Shown here piece by piece: positions 13,736-27,500 of a stretch of 64,000 bases of DNA. The notes beneath the pieces were generated by a model. That model was given only the letters and a program-made list of their open reading frames with translations, had not been told where the DNA came from and did no database searches. Source of the stretch: Camelus ferus (lineage: Eukaryota). The translations under genes and the position numbers were made by a program. Every line of letters begins with the position of its first letter. The stretch's first letter is position 1. The stretch spans positions 6,016,001 to 6,080,000 of the forward strand of contig NC_045697.1 of the NCBI RefSeq assembly GCF_009834535.1, written 5' to 3'.

Positions 13736-14504
13736 GGCAGCACAAGTCTGATGGAGAGCAGGGCTTGGCTCCTTGTCTGTTAAATGATTAAACACATGAA
13801 GAAAGAAGAAAGGGATGGAGGGAGGAAAACATGTATTTCATGTATTTCAAATATGACTCAATCTAAGCCTCCAAATTTGACTTAATGTGCCTTTAAAGTC
13901 TTTTACATACATCACTTCTTGTGAATTTTATAGGTCGATCTCTGTCTATGTTGCATTCTGTGTATACAGCTGAGCATAAAGTGTCTGACTTGCTCAGCAC
14001 TTGGCAGAATCCCTGACATCTTAGGGATGGCGGGGTCCTGGGAGAGCTCCTTCCTCTACAAGATCATGGAAGTTACCCTTTCATTCTGTCCTATTCCAGG
14101 CCGGCCCTTTTCTGATTCTGCTGGTTCCCGCTGAACTCAGCCTTCACCTGGCTTGATTTGCTGCTCATGAGCACACGGGCCACATGGGCTGACAGTGTGC
14201 AGGGCTCCAGAAAAAGAAGGTTCTGCTGGTGGGAGCTCAGCCTCCCTCAGAACATCCGAGCTGACTGCTTGGGGCAGAGGGCGTGGACCCCAGCCAGAGG
14301 CAGAGCGCTCCGTCTAGTTAGCGGATGCTTCTTTCCTCCAATGGCTTTAACCGAGTCTCACTCAGTTAAGCAACTATGCACTGTGTGCTTCTGCAATTAT
14401 GGGCCGGCCCCTCGCCTAGCAGAACGCGTGCAGAGCAGGGCAGACGAGGTTTGCAGAAATACGGTGGGATAACTACCATCGCCATTTCTTCAAACCTACT
14501 GTGT

Positions 14505-14505
<1 letters not shown>

Positions 14506-14543
<38 letters not shown>
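14506..14543. repeat. (CA)n microsatellite
   Basis: Direct observation. Confidence 0.95.
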
Positions 14544-14546
<3 letters not shown>

Positions 14547-17349
14547 GTCGGAACACTGGAGCAAGATGCCTCCCAGACTGGGGACAGCCCCCACGTATCC
14601 CAAATGGTTGCCCTTGACCCTGACACTTTGGGGCTGGCGGGATCCCTGAGGAGCTCTTGCCACACCAGCAGTGAGTGACGCCCCAGGCAGAAACTGGATT
14701 ATTGCTAAAGCTTCAGTTATGGAAGGATGGGGGAAAGGAACAGGGAATGGCTTCATTATCACCAGCTCAGCTCTGCCACCAAGGCAGAGTGCCTGAGGAA
14801 ACCGTCAAGCTTCAGTGTTACTCTGAACGCCTAGTGCTTCTGTTTTAAATATGCCAGCGCTCATCTTTGCTTTCACAAATCTCGGTCTGAAAAGAAGCAG
14901 AGGCCATGGAAAGCTGTGGTTATCTGCCAGTTAATGGAGTTTTTCAGTCTGTGTTCAGAAGACGGGGTCTCAGAAGTCATTTTCGACTTGGAACAGGCTC
15001 TCTCTAAAGTGAAAGCTGAAAATAATTCACTGAAACATAAACTTTGTTTGGAAATTTCTGTTTAAAAGATGAATGTGTGTGAGACATGTGTATCTGTTTG
15101 GGTCAAAGGTTGAAGAATGAAAAAAGTAACTGTTTAAATGATTGTTATTCCAGGGTGGTCTGTGATCCCCAAGTATAATAGATTAAAATGGTCTTGAGAC
15201 ATTTCAACCAAAGGGCACAGTCAGACATGGATTGAAGCCCACGGGGAGAGCAGGAGAGGCGGCCCGCAGACCAGGCCCCTCCAGGTTCCCAAGTCCTGGG
15301 AGAATCTTTTCCTTTCCAGTCACTTGAGAAGTGGCTTGAGGCCAGAGCTGCCGTAACTTCTAAGGGGAACACATCTCACCCTCCTGCCCATCTCGAGAAA
15401 GGAAAAGGTAGACCTTGAGAGGCTTATGATCATAGTTTAAACTGTTCTCAACTCTGGGCAAATGGAAAAAAATTGGTCCTTAATGAATAGGAATTGAGAA
15501 AGAGACACTGAGTGGCCAGCTGGCTTCAGAATCAGTGTGCTCACATCAGGAGCCTGGAGCCCCGAGGCATGTCTCCACCTTCCTTTGATGCAGGAAGCTG
15601 TAGGGCAGCCCAGACACAGGGGAGCCGAAGGAGGCTACCGGAGAGATCGGGAGGAGATCAGAAGATGTTTGGTGGAAAAATGAAGCATCAGGCACATATC
15701 CTGGGAGTCAGGGAATGTCCTTGGCCAAACTCAGAAACAGAACCACCTGACGGAAGCTATTATCAGTGTTGGGAGTGGGTGGGAGCAGTGACGGCGGGGA
15801 GATGGCTCCCAGGGAGAAACTGCCTGTCCTGACTCTGCACGCCGTCTTCCTCACTCCCCTTCTAACCCCCCTCCCGTGAGGAGGAGCCCTCAGAACCAGG
15901 AGAGTCCCCATGCCCACATGCAGACTTCCCACCGAGGCCACAGATGGCCTGAGTGCTTCTTGAATGATGATGTGAGCGCAGGATCCAAAAAGCTGCTCAG
16001 CCTGAATTTTAGTTCCTCAGCTCTGGTGGGTGTTGCCTGGTTGGATGGAGCCTCTGACAGCCACCACGCCTTCCAGGGAGTTTGGGGGCCAAGGGAGAAC
16101 TCTGGTTCTGCTTTTGTTTGCTGTGGCACCCACCTCTGCTAAGTTCCTGTAACCTTTGTTCGATAAACTGGGGACTTAATCTCTCAGTGGAGGCTGTGGG
16201 GGGGAAGTTTCTTCCTGCCACGTTGTGACCCATAGAAATGCCGCAGAGTCGTCGTTCAGCGGTGGAAGGGTTTCCTCCGCAGAGGAAGATGAACTGAACT
16301 CAGTTTTGGTGCCAGCTTTAGAGCGTGTTCAGTCTGATGATTCACTGGGCAAAGCAGCCTCTTTTCAAGCCTCCTAACAGTCTCCCCGCTTCCGTCCTCC
16401 CCACACCCCTCCCCTACACCTACTTCTTTACAGTGGCCGGAGGGATCCTTTCCTAACGCAACATGGCATTCTGCTTTTGATCCCCTGGGTTGAGTCCCTC
16501 CAGATCCCCAGCCCCCCTGCCATCCTTCAAACCTGCAGGCGTGTTCCTACTCCCATGTAAAGCCTCTTCTAGACACCGTCTGCCTCTCCAGATGCCCTGT
16601 GTCCTGGATAAGGATCCACAGGACCAGATCAACAGGCCCCCTAGCCCGCTGCCTCCAGAGGGTGTCCGCCAACAAGGCAGCAGTAAGAAATCAGAAGGAG
16701 GGAAGGGAACCTGGGGATGGTCCCCCGGTCCCCTTCCTACAGGTGAAGTTTGGTTGGCTGTGTCCCTCTACTGAAGGTCACGGCTCCTGATGCGTGGCCC
16801 ACCCACCCTACAGACCCGCCAACCCCGAGTTCGTCTGTCCTCTGACCCCTCCGGTCACTGGGCCGACTCCTGCTGGGGTCTGACTGATGCAAGCCTTCCT
16901 TCTGGCTACTCCCTCTGCCTGGAACGTTCTTCCCCGGGTGTCTGGGTGACAGACAGCTCCCTCAGCCCTGGATCCCGACCATGGTATTTAATACAGCAAC
17001 CCGCCCCACCTCTCCATCCCGCTGCTCTGCTCTACTGTCCTCACAGCCTCCCACACCTTCTAACCACCCTGCAGGTGCCCGCTCGCTCGTGCCATTGTTT
17101 TGGTTGGTCCCCCCGCTGGGAGCTCGCCTCCTCCTGGGCAAGGACCTGTGTCTCTTTCAGCCACTGGTGCATCCTGCGAACCTGGGCCATGCCTGGCACA
17201 GGGCAGGGGCCCACCTGGCACCTGCTGAATGTTGAAAGAATGACGCTCTGGCTCCGTTTCATCTCCCAGGATTTTAGGAGGCAGCAGGGCATGCTCACGT
17301 CTTTCTGTAACATACGTTTGGTTCTCTTCAGGAATGCTAATAACCAACA

Positions 17350-17776
17350 ATGACTGGGCTCGTTTGCCAGGGGTTGCTGTCATAACGAATCGCAAACTGA
17401 GTGGCTTAAGCAGCAGAAATTTCTTCTCCAGAAGGCCTGGAGGCTACAAGTCCAAGATCAAGGCAGTGGCAGGGCCGACTCCCTCTGAAGGTGTGGGGAA
17501 GGGTCTGTCCCAGGCCTCTCTCCCAGCTTCTCGCAGCTCCTTGGCTTTTGCGGCCTAACGTCAGCATTCACGTGGTGCTCCCTGTGTGAGCCTGTGTCCA
17601 AACTCCCCCTTTTATAAAGACACCAGTCATGTTGGATCAGGGCTCCAGGGGGGTCTCATCTTAGCTAATGACATCTGCGGTGACCCTATTTCCAAGTCAG
17701 GTCATGTTCTAAGATACTAGGGGCTAGAGTGTCAACATACGGATTTTCAGGGGCCACCATTCAACCCACAGCAACA
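17350..17776 (-). mobile_element. MaLR MLT1 (MLT1C-like) LTR
   Basis: 'gtggcttaagcagcagaaattt...ggaggctacaagtccaagatcaagg...accctatttccaagtcaggtca...attcaacccacagca'. Confidence 0.8.
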
Positions 17777-17956
17777 GTTAACATTTATTAAGTGCCTGCC
17801 CTGTGCCAAGCGCTGCGAATCGCTGTAGGATTCTCGTGATAGTACCTGCTGAGGGAGAGATTTGCTCTTACTCCACGTCCCCTAAGAGAAAACAGGGGCT
17901 CAGAGAGGCTGAATAACTGGCCCAAGGGCACCCAGCTGGTGAGCGCAGCGCCGCGG

Positions 17957-18378
17957 TGAAGGAGCAGGAGACAGACAAACTTGCTTCCCTGAGGCTAAAA
18001 CTGCTTGCTGATTCATTACTAGCTTTAACGCAGAGGCTAAGCTCCAGGAAGGAGGTAACAGGCTATAATCGCAGAAGGACAGACAGACCCGCTGGAGTTC
18101 CTCCTGACGCCAGGAAGATTTACCGAGGCTGAGAGGATTGCAGCAGCACCCTGCAAAGCGCCCTGACTGTTACCACCTTTTCTGTTCCGTTCAGTTTTTC
18201 TGTAAATACCTCAAGACCCCACCCCAAGATGGATTCACAGCCCCTAAGGCATGAGCCTGGTATGACTCCCCTTCCCCTGGCAAAGCAGCAAAGTTCTGCT
18301 CTTTCTGGATTCTCCCAAAACTCTGCCCCCGAGTCTCAGTCGTCTTCTGGGGTTACAGAGGCTGGTTTTGCGGCAACA
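17957..18378 (+). mobile_element. ERV1-type solo LTR
   Basis: Starts TGAAGG, ends GCGGCAACA; U5-like 'cagaggctggttttgcggcaaca'. Confidence 0.65.
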
Positions 18379-19179
18379 AGGGCACCTCGCCGTTCTGCAT
18401 CATCCCCTCCACCTGCTCTCTCCTCCAGCGTGCGCTGGATCCAGTGGCCAGGGATGCAGCAGGGAACACGGGAGGTTTTGATGGTGAAATCGTGGAATTT
18501 GTTGGGAAGCCGAGTGACTGGTGGAAACCAGTAGTTTTTGTTTGTTTGTTAATTTGTTTGTTTTACTTAGTCTCTATGGTGTAGTCTGTTTCAGACGATG
18601 GCAGAAATTTCCTGCCATGACTAAAGAGTAAGAGTGACATGTGAATTCCGTCTCCCCTGATTTAAAAGAGGACAGCCTCCCTGCTTCTCAATGGAATGAG
18701 CCTTGTGCCTCACCAGCTGCCGCCTCACGTGGCAGTGGACCCTTGGGTCCTGCGCCCTGAGCGACACTCTGCGGATGCTCACTCATCAGAGACCCAATGC
18801 TGCACCTTGAGAAGCTATTTGGAAAACCAGCTGTTTCTGCAAGGCGGCAATTATTTACAGCTGCCCCCGCTGATGAGCGAAGCCAGGAGCCAAAATTAAT
18901 TGCAGATCAAAAGAACAAAAATGTCTTTCTCTGTGTTATCAGGTCCTGGAGCCATTTGAAGAGAATGTCAAAATCTCAAGAAGAAGAAAAAAAACTTGGA
19001 AAGTCCTTTCAGGCAGGCCATTTCCCCCTGGGGCTGGATGAAACAGCACGCAGACATTTGGAAACAAGGTCACACAGGCTTTGGAAGGGTCAAGGGATGC
19101 CCTGAATCTCGACCCCGCCAGGACCGTCCAGCGGGCCTCCACGTGCTCTGAGTTTCGTTTCCATGACGTGTTCTGGAAG

Positions 19180-19670
19180 CTTGTGCATCCGTTTCCTGTG
19201 GCTGCTGTAACAAGTTACCACCAACTTTGTGGCTTTTTGGAACCTACATTTATTCTCTCACAGTTCCCGAGGTCACAAGTCTGAACCAGGTCTCGTGGAG
19301 CAAAGATCGGTTGCTGGCAGGGCTCTGTCCCTCCGGGAGGCTCTCAGGGAGGACCTGTCCCCCGCCTTTTCCGGCTTCTCACGGCTGCCCTCACTCCTTG
19401 GCTTGCGGCCTGGCCCTCCATCATCAGAGCCAACAGCTGCACCACCTCTGCTTTGGGCTTCACATCTCCTTCTCTGACGGACCCTCCTGCCTCTCTCGTA
19501 AGGGCCCTTGCAATTCTATCGAACCCACCCAGACAATCCAGGATGACCTCCCCATCCCCCAACCGTTAACTCAATCATGCCCGCAAAGCCTCTTTTGCCC
19601 TGTCAAGTAACATATTCTTTTCCTAGCAATTAGGACATGGACATTTGGGCAGTATTCTGCCTCCCACAGG
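19180..19670 (-). mobile_element. MaLR MLT1 (MLT1D-like) LTR
   Basis: 'tttcctgtggctgctgtaacaagttaccaccaac...tattctctcacagttc...ggacatggacatt...ctgcctcccaca'. Confidence 0.8.
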
Positions 19671-22609
19671 TGGACGTGGTTAGGTATCCATTTTAAAGAT
19701 GAACAAATCATTTCAGAGATGTTGGGCACTTTTCCCAAAACCACAGTTGGTAAAAGGATGATTAGGATTTGAATTCAGAGCCACCAGGCACTAAAGCCTG
19801 AACTGTCTCTCTGCCAGAACATTGTTCCATCCCAGACTCCCAGCCTCGTGCTGAATTTAACCTCATGGTTTTCCAGGGATTGGAGTAAATGCTACTATTT
19901 CTACAACTGTTTTCAATGGACAGTTCTGCATTTTCAGCTCCTTAAGAAGGTAAACTAGGAGGGAGCACACACTGGGGGCTGCACACAGGGCCACGGGCAG
20001 GCTGCCCTCCACCTGGCTAACTCCCGCTGGCCCTTCAGCACTCAGCCTCCTGGGCCCCTCCTCCAGGAAGACCTCTTGGATCCCCTCACAGGAGAACCCA
20101 TCCCACACACGGCACACATCTGTTTCTGGGTCCTTTTCCTTAGATCACGATAACTTCACTAGTGACCTCCCAGCAGGAACATGATATGGGTGCCCCATAG
20201 CTGCCTGGCATGGGTGAATGCGTGGATGGATGAATCCACCACCAGAACTATGAAGCTGTCATTCCCATTCTGGGCCCACACGGGGGTGCCCATGCCTCTA
20301 AAATGCACATAATCCAAATGACCATGGCCCGTCATGATCCAAACTTGAGGAGAGCAGCGGGCAGACTCTCCAGAGGCTGTGACTCCCTGTTCTGATTTGA
20401 GAAAGGTCCCCTCTTTCTCTCCCAGGAGGGTGAAGTCATTTACCTCCTTCCTGGGATTAGTCCTTGCAAGAGGTACTTCATCAAACATTGTCAGCTTTTA
20501 ATGAGGGTGATCGGCCAGCTAGAGCATGGGGACCAGAAGGAGGGGCTTCTGGAATTAGAGGGACTGAGGTTGCAAGCATCACCACTCCCTCTGTTCGGTC
20601 CCCTTTCAAATGGGGGCAGTAACCAGACCTTCAGGAATGATGTGCACATTCGTGAGATCCCACATAAAGTCTCAGGGTCTTGGGGAGCAATAGGGTCCTA
20701 GATGTGAGTGCTACCCACTCCCTCAGGTTCTGACCTGTTGGCTGTGTGATCCCGGGTAAGTCGTTTCTTCTGGTCTTGGTTTCCGCAACTGCAGAAAGAC
20801 TGCGAGAGTCCCTGTAAAGTCCTGCTCTCCTGGAGGATATCCACCATAGCCTTATTAAAAAAGACAAATAGTGGGACCCTACCTAAACAGAACAAGAAGA
20901 GCTACCCCTCCCTGAGTCACATCACGTGCCATGTGTCCACTTGTTTAATTCTCACTCCGTCCCTATGAGGCAGGGATGGTGTCATTACAGAAAAGGCGAA
21001 TCGAGTCACAGAGCTGTTGAATAACTTCCTGGGGTCACGCAGTTCAAAGGGGATAAATCTGGGATTCCAGGCAGTGTGGCTCTGTCGTCTGGGCTCCGAG
21101 TAGAGACACTCAAGAACCCTGCCCCACAGACAACGGTCACGGAAATTGCTGCATAGCTTCTTTTTGGAGAATGATACGCTCTCACAACTGGTGTTAACTC
21201 AGAGGGGATGATGCTCTACCTGCTTTTCTGTACATGTGTTATACTTCAATTAAAAATTTACTCAAACAATAAATAATAAAATGGAAAGTCATTCTGACAT
21301 AAGTTTATGTGGACAAAAGCAGAATTAAAATTAGTCTATAGATAGGATTATACTGAGTAAGGTCAGCACAGTCATCTATGTACAGAGAGCACCAGGGGAG
21401 AGTTTGCCCAACTTACTTGGGTGGTATGATCACAGGTGATGGATCCTTTGCTTCTATTTTCTGTATTTTACAAATTTATCCTAATGAGCTCATGCTGATT
21501 TCTTATAACAACAAAATACTTTACCAAAAAAACCCCCAAAACAAACCCTGTAATTTTCCCATCACTTTCATTCCAGGCTGACTGTGCTCTCCTGCTGATC
21601 GATGTGAAAATTAATGACAATTGGTTGGGGTCTATAATGTGAGACAAGAACTCTGGGAAACTTACAGATTGTGAAATATCAAGATACTTTCTCTCTAACA
21701 AAAAGACTGCCAGTGGAAGGGGAAGGAGATGGAACATCAGTCCTCAACACTTTTATAACATCCACTTTTAAAAGCATCTTGTTAGAATGCCCCATTAAAA
21801 GCAAGGGGCAAAATAAAGTGTTCTTTTGAAAATGCGCCAGAAATACAGTTGGAAACCTCTGCCTGTTGCACTGGCATCAATCTTGTCAGTGTAAATCAGT
21901 AAGCAAGAGTAGAAATAAGGTCATCAAAGTCAAGGTTGAAGAGACAGAAGTAGCTCCTAAAGGGGGAAACTGAAGATCAGAGAGGTTGAGTGCGTTGTGA
22001 CATCACAAAGACAGTAAGTTTCAGAGCCAGGACTCAAATTTCATTCGGTCTGATTGCAAAACCTCTGCAATTTCTGCTAGATTCAGAAATCTCTAAAGAT
22101 TCATTTTCCCCCAATGTTTACTCTATACATTGGAGGTTGAGAAGGAGTGATGAGATCTGTGCCCCTCTTCTTCTGGACACTGTTGCTTATTATAAAAGTA
22201 TCCTTTCTCCTTTCCTTTGCCTTGAAAACTCCCACATGTTTGGGACAGTCATGGTTTAAAGTCAGCTAATGGTTTTAAACTTAGGCTCCCCTGGACTCTG
22301 ATCTGGACTCCCAGGGAGACATGGCTCTCTCCACTCAGTGCTCATCATAATGTGTCATTCAAAGAAAGAAGCTATTTATTAACAGGGAGACAACAGGGAA
22401 ACAAAATGTAGACAAGAATACTCTTTAGATGGGCGAAATGTCAGTGATAAACTGCATGATAAACTCCCCAAATTCAGACATCTGTGGAGTGACAAAGGGT
22501 ATGCTCTCTTAAAGGCATGTCAGTTTGTTACCAGGGGGTCCCCACAGCGCTGTTTACCATCCCCCCAGCCCCGCATGATGTTCTCAAGAATAACCCTCAA
22601 TTTACTTAC

Positions 22610-22719
22610 AGAGAAGATGGAAGCCAAAATCTCGATGCCACCTGTGCTCAAGGTGATGTAGGGGATCTTTTCTGGAGGGATTCCAGCATTTCCAAAGATA
22701 CTGTTGGTGTAGAACCAAT
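22610..22719 (-). pseudogene. SLC2A9: SLC2A9 exon (human exon 8 equivalent), 110 nt, 1-nt deletion at the exon start
   Basis: Polypyrimidine tract ...ctctaaag|AT TGG TTC TAC ACC...TTC TCT|gtaagt; encodes (I)[36 protein letters not shown]. The first codon has only 2 nt. Confidence 0.93.
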
Positions 22720-24084
22720 CTTTAGAGCAGGAAAAAAAAAAGAAAAAAGAAGGCAGGAAAGTCAGTGAGAGGTATGTATTTCCCAAATTAAATTCAGGTA
22801 CTTGGTAGTCTCTGAGATTTGCTACTAAATCCAGAGTCACAAGGTGGAGGTATGCGGTGTAGCCAATCACTTATTTTCTGCCTTCTCCCACATTTCCGCC
22901 TCTCCATCACTAACCGAACTCCTATGTTACTAGGAGCAACATGTGCTCAGCTAAGTGTGGCAATGAGATATGAACAGAAATGTTGGTGGGGCTTCTAGTA
23001 ATCCTCCTTAAAAGGAGATTTTCTTCAAGGAGTTGTGATCCCATTTTTGCTCTTCTGCCTTTCTGCTGTCAGGATGGTGAATGTGATGGCTGGAGCTTCA
23101 GCAGCCCTGTTGGGACACTAGGTGACCTCAGGACAGCATTGCTTTTAGTTTTCACAGTAACTTTGTGAGAATTAGAAATGGTCCCTGATCCAAAGACACT
23201 TTACTGTCATCCATCGGAAAAATTGTCATAATAAATCTGTAATGGGTACAATGTGAATGAAGCTCCTGAGAGTTGTGCAACACACAAGCTGCATAACTAT
23301 ATATAGAACCCTTATGAGATGGAAGCCACCTGTTCAGATGCTGGAGCAGGAAGTTAGAAGGAACCTCTGTCCTTATTCACTAGAGTGATTTTATAATTCA
23401 TTACCCAAACCTGGGTACTTTGGAGAGTGTAAATAATTATTCCAGGACAGCAGGCATAAATCGGGCCTCCCCTCAGCAAACCAGAGTATGTGGTCCTAGG
23501 GCTGCTGTGCCAGCCCTCCCAATTTCCTTCATGTGAGAGAAGGCCTATATTGTTTATGCTCACAGGGCATCAGACAATCACTGATTTGAAGTTTGGAGAC
23601 CTGGCTCCATCTTGAATTACCTGTGTGACCTCAGGTAATTCTCTCTGCCCCACTGAGATTCCTTCTCCTCCGAGATCAAAAGAGGATAGTCACACCCTTC
23701 CTGGGAGATGTCAGGAATTGGGGAAGGATTGTCACTGTTCGTTATTTACTTCAAGTTTTGGATCAGAAAGCTAGACAGAAATCATCTGTGTTCTCCCAAC
23801 CCCAGCCATTTCATTGAAAAGCAAGAGTTTGCTGAATGACAGAAAATCATGCCATCCTGATACGTGAAATCTGATGAGGACACCTGCTTCCTCGAAGGGC
23901 CTTGGAAACACCTGTAAACTGATCATCGTTAAGCAGAAACATCAGAGCTTATTGCTTGTGACTCGTCAGGCTCGACTCTACTGAGCATGCTCTCTGCATT
24001 TGGCTCTTTGTTTTTGGAGAAAGCTCATGTTTCTACAGATTTGTCTTTTTACCAGACTTTGTTTGGCAAAACTTTTTCACACAC

Positions 24085-24582
24085 TAGGGGAGAAGATATA
24101 ATTTAGGACCTACTCATATCTACAGACAGTTCTGCCAACTAAGATCACTCGCCATCCACACAAGGTCATTAGCCACTGCAGTCACTGACCTTTAACAGAC
24201 CCTGAAAGGAGCTCAGGGCGGAGGTCAGGAATGAGGCCCTCTGCACTCTGGGAAAAACTGGAAGAACAGTCCTTCAGACAGTTAAGATGTTTTCAAGAGA
24301 TTTTATGAACTCAATTTCTTGCATCTTCTCATATCTAGAAAAGCACTAAAACCATTAACAGATACATCTGTCCTTGTGACTAGCAGCAACCTCCTATGGA
24401 GATGTGTTTGATTGCACGTGCCTCATTCACCAAAATCGCATAGATACTGACCTCCCCTGCTCCCTCTTTGGAGCAGTTCCTCAGAGGTATCTGAGAGGCT
24501 GTCTCCCAGGCTATAGTCCTCAGTAAGTCCCCGTCAGACTGAACTCACAGCTCCCGTGCTGTGCATTTTTTTTCCAGTTTGT
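24085..24582 (+). mobile_element. ERV1-type solo LTR (family A; related to the LTR at ~50862-52019)
   Basis: Shares long colinear similarity with 51040-51295 and 51794-52019, e.g. 'gaggtcaggaatgaggccctctgc', 'tctagaaaagcacta', 'ctctttggagcagttcctcag', 'aactcacagctc'. Confidence 0.8.
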
Positions 24583-27500
24583 TTTTGAGTGAATTAGTAA
24601 TCCTTCCTAAAATTATAGGCACACCTGAAGACTTCAGTAAAAACCACTGCACAAATTTCTCTGAGCTTGTGGGCACTGATGCATCTGGTGGCAAAAATGG
24701 GTTTTAATGTTCACGTAAATAAAGACCCTCCTGCTTGTGTCTGCCTGTCACTTGCGTGAGCTGATCAATTAGAATTTTAGTCTCTATCTTTGCTGTCACA
24801 TCCATAGAGTGCAGAAGTAGTTCCTGATAAATCCGTTTATTACTATGGCTCTCAGGGCTGTGACAGAAGCTATAATTATTCCCCAAAGCCTCAATCTCTA
24901 CTGAATTTGCTTAGATGACCTCCTCTACTTTTGAAGGTAGCTGTGGTCCCCAGCACATCTTCAGGGTCAGATCAGAGGAGTTTAAATGCCTTTCTTAATC
25001 TTTGCCCACATTTGTTGATTTTCAACAGCCAACAGTCTCTGTGGCCCTTTTCACCCCACACACAGGGGGCCTGACATTTGTGTTATTCTCAGCCTGGGCT
25101 CTGAACCCCACACCCTGACTTTTTCATCTTCTAGGGGCTTTCAGCCTCTGGTCCCTGCGATATGGGTTCTCTGTGCAAGCTACGTGCTGTCCTCCCACGC
25201 AGTGCTCCTTCCTGCTCCTCATCCCCTCTCCGGGCCCCTTTCTTCCCTGCTTCCCTGGGTTTAAATGCTAGCAAGGAGAGTCACTGAGCATAACACCACG
25301 TGCTCAGAGGGACAGTTATAAGTGGATCTCCACTCATATTGCACTTAATGCATTTCTGCATCGATAGGCAGAAACTGGCCCTTTGGACCCTCTTTCCCAT
25401 CCGGGGCCTGCAGGGAGGACCTGGTGAACTGGCCCTGTCCCCGGGGGAAGGCCTGCATGTCACAGAAGCTGCCGGTCTCATTCTGCTGGTCCCACGAGTC
25501 CCTCTCCCCTCTCTCCCTGCATCATCTTACAGAGCAGGAAGGTAACTGCCTCTGCTCCCACTGAGGCTTATTTGATCGGGCAGTTTGAGGGCATCATACA
25601 ACATGGAGTCAAGTCCCCAAGGAGTGGGGAGCGTGTCTTGAAGTGGACCCTCCTGTAGACTATGATTTGTGTTGACCTCATCCCAACAAGATCGTGCTCT
25701 TTCTGGCCGCCTGACAGTCTCTGCCTACTGAGGCAGACCCTGGAGCGGATGGAGCAGCAATTCTGGGAGGCCCGCAAGCTGGGATTTCAGTCCCAGCGCT
25801 GCCTCTCTTGACCTGTGGGTCTGGAGGCAAGTGATTTCATGTCTCTGAATCTCTGTCTCTGAAAGAAGGTAATCATGCTCTGTCTTTCAGGGTTGTTATG
25901 AAAGTTTTTTAAATGATGAAGTGAAGCATCTTTTCTCTAATTGATGCATAACAAATAGTGGGTATGGTTCCGGAGGATTCCTGTCTCTGTCGAGATGTGA
26001 CTGCTCCTTGGCAAAGGAGAACGTGGGACAGTCGTGGGCACACCGAGGGAGGATGCACTCCGCACCTGCCTCAGCCGGGCCTCCTCCCCATGGGACGGAC
26101 CTTCGAGGGACTTTACAGGGGCCGGTGGGAGGGGGGCACATGGAAAGGATTTGGGCTCCTTGACTCCTTGACTCCTTTCCTCTAATGCCCTAAGCCCTCG
26201 TTCTTAACTCAGCACATGTGTTCTAGAGACAAAGTGCAGCACGCATAATCATTTTCACCTCTCAACAGCGTGGGAAGCATGTTGCCTGAGGATCAGAGAG
26301 ACTACACACAGCGCAGAATGCAAGAACAGGGCTGACACCCAGGCCTGTTTGCTTCCCGCACCGCGTTCTTCCCGCTGCGCGGGCTGTGCTGGGCTCTGAG
26401 CCCAGCTTACTGACTTGAGATTCTCCTCTAGCCACTGTTACTCCCCGACTCCTGTATATACCCGTGGCCTTGACTGCACCACGGGAAAGGATAACTACGG
26501 GCCGGGAGGGAACAGAGTGCATCATGGGAAAGGATAACGGGGCTGCAGCAGAGAAAAGCAAGCCCTCCTCCACTAGGCAGGGGCTTCACTTTCTGACAGT
26601 CCCTGAAAGCCCGGACCCTGTTCCCTGGCAGAGCTGCTTCATCCAGAGCCCTGCGCCAAAGTCACTCCTCACTCTCATCAGGCCTTGATTCAGCCTGACA
26701 GTGGAGGTGGAGGACTGGGCTGGTTGTCCCTGCCGCTCTCCGTGAGGCCAGCTGAGGCCTGGCCTCGGCAGCCTACCTCCTGTTTGCAAAACAGGACCCA
26801 CAAACCATTGCAGGCCTCCTCCAGGGCAAGCGGGCCTGTGACTGAGCCCCCAGAGGGGCTGAACTCCAGGGTCAGGGCAACTTAAAATTGGAAGTCCCTT
26901 CCTCATGAACTTTGGAAACAGGGGAGGCCGTGAGTGGACACGCTGGCTTGATTCCCAGCAGTAGCTACCAGCGGAGTGAATGTGGCGGGGCCTCAGCCTC
27001 CCGGCCCCGCTTTGCATCCTTCAAGTGCTGTGAGCACTAAGTCATATGAGGCATCCGTAGCGCCCGGCTCTCTGTGCTCAGTGAAGGGTAGCTCCCTTCT
27101 CTGCCCCTCTTTTTCTCCATGAAAATATAGAAAGATACAAAGTAAGGAATCAAATGTTAATACTGGCCAGAAAATTCTAGCTTTTAAAAGATTTTCTAAG
27201 TGGTTGAGTTACCTGGTCTTGCCCTTCCTCTTACATAAGGACATTACCTCACCCTGCCAGCCCTTATCCAGCTGGAACCACCTTTCTCGTCTCCTTTGAG
27301 TCATGTCCCCATTTTTCATGTCAGGGATTGAGATCAAATAGTTAAATGTTCCCCAGGGTTACACAGCTAGGAGGTCGTAGGAGGTGGGCTGGAACCAGGC
27401 ATCCGGTGGTCTCAGGGCAGGGCTCCTAAAACAAGATACTGCCTTTGTCTTATGCCTAGTAATAGGATTATTTGGTACCAACTATGCAGCTGGCCCTGTG

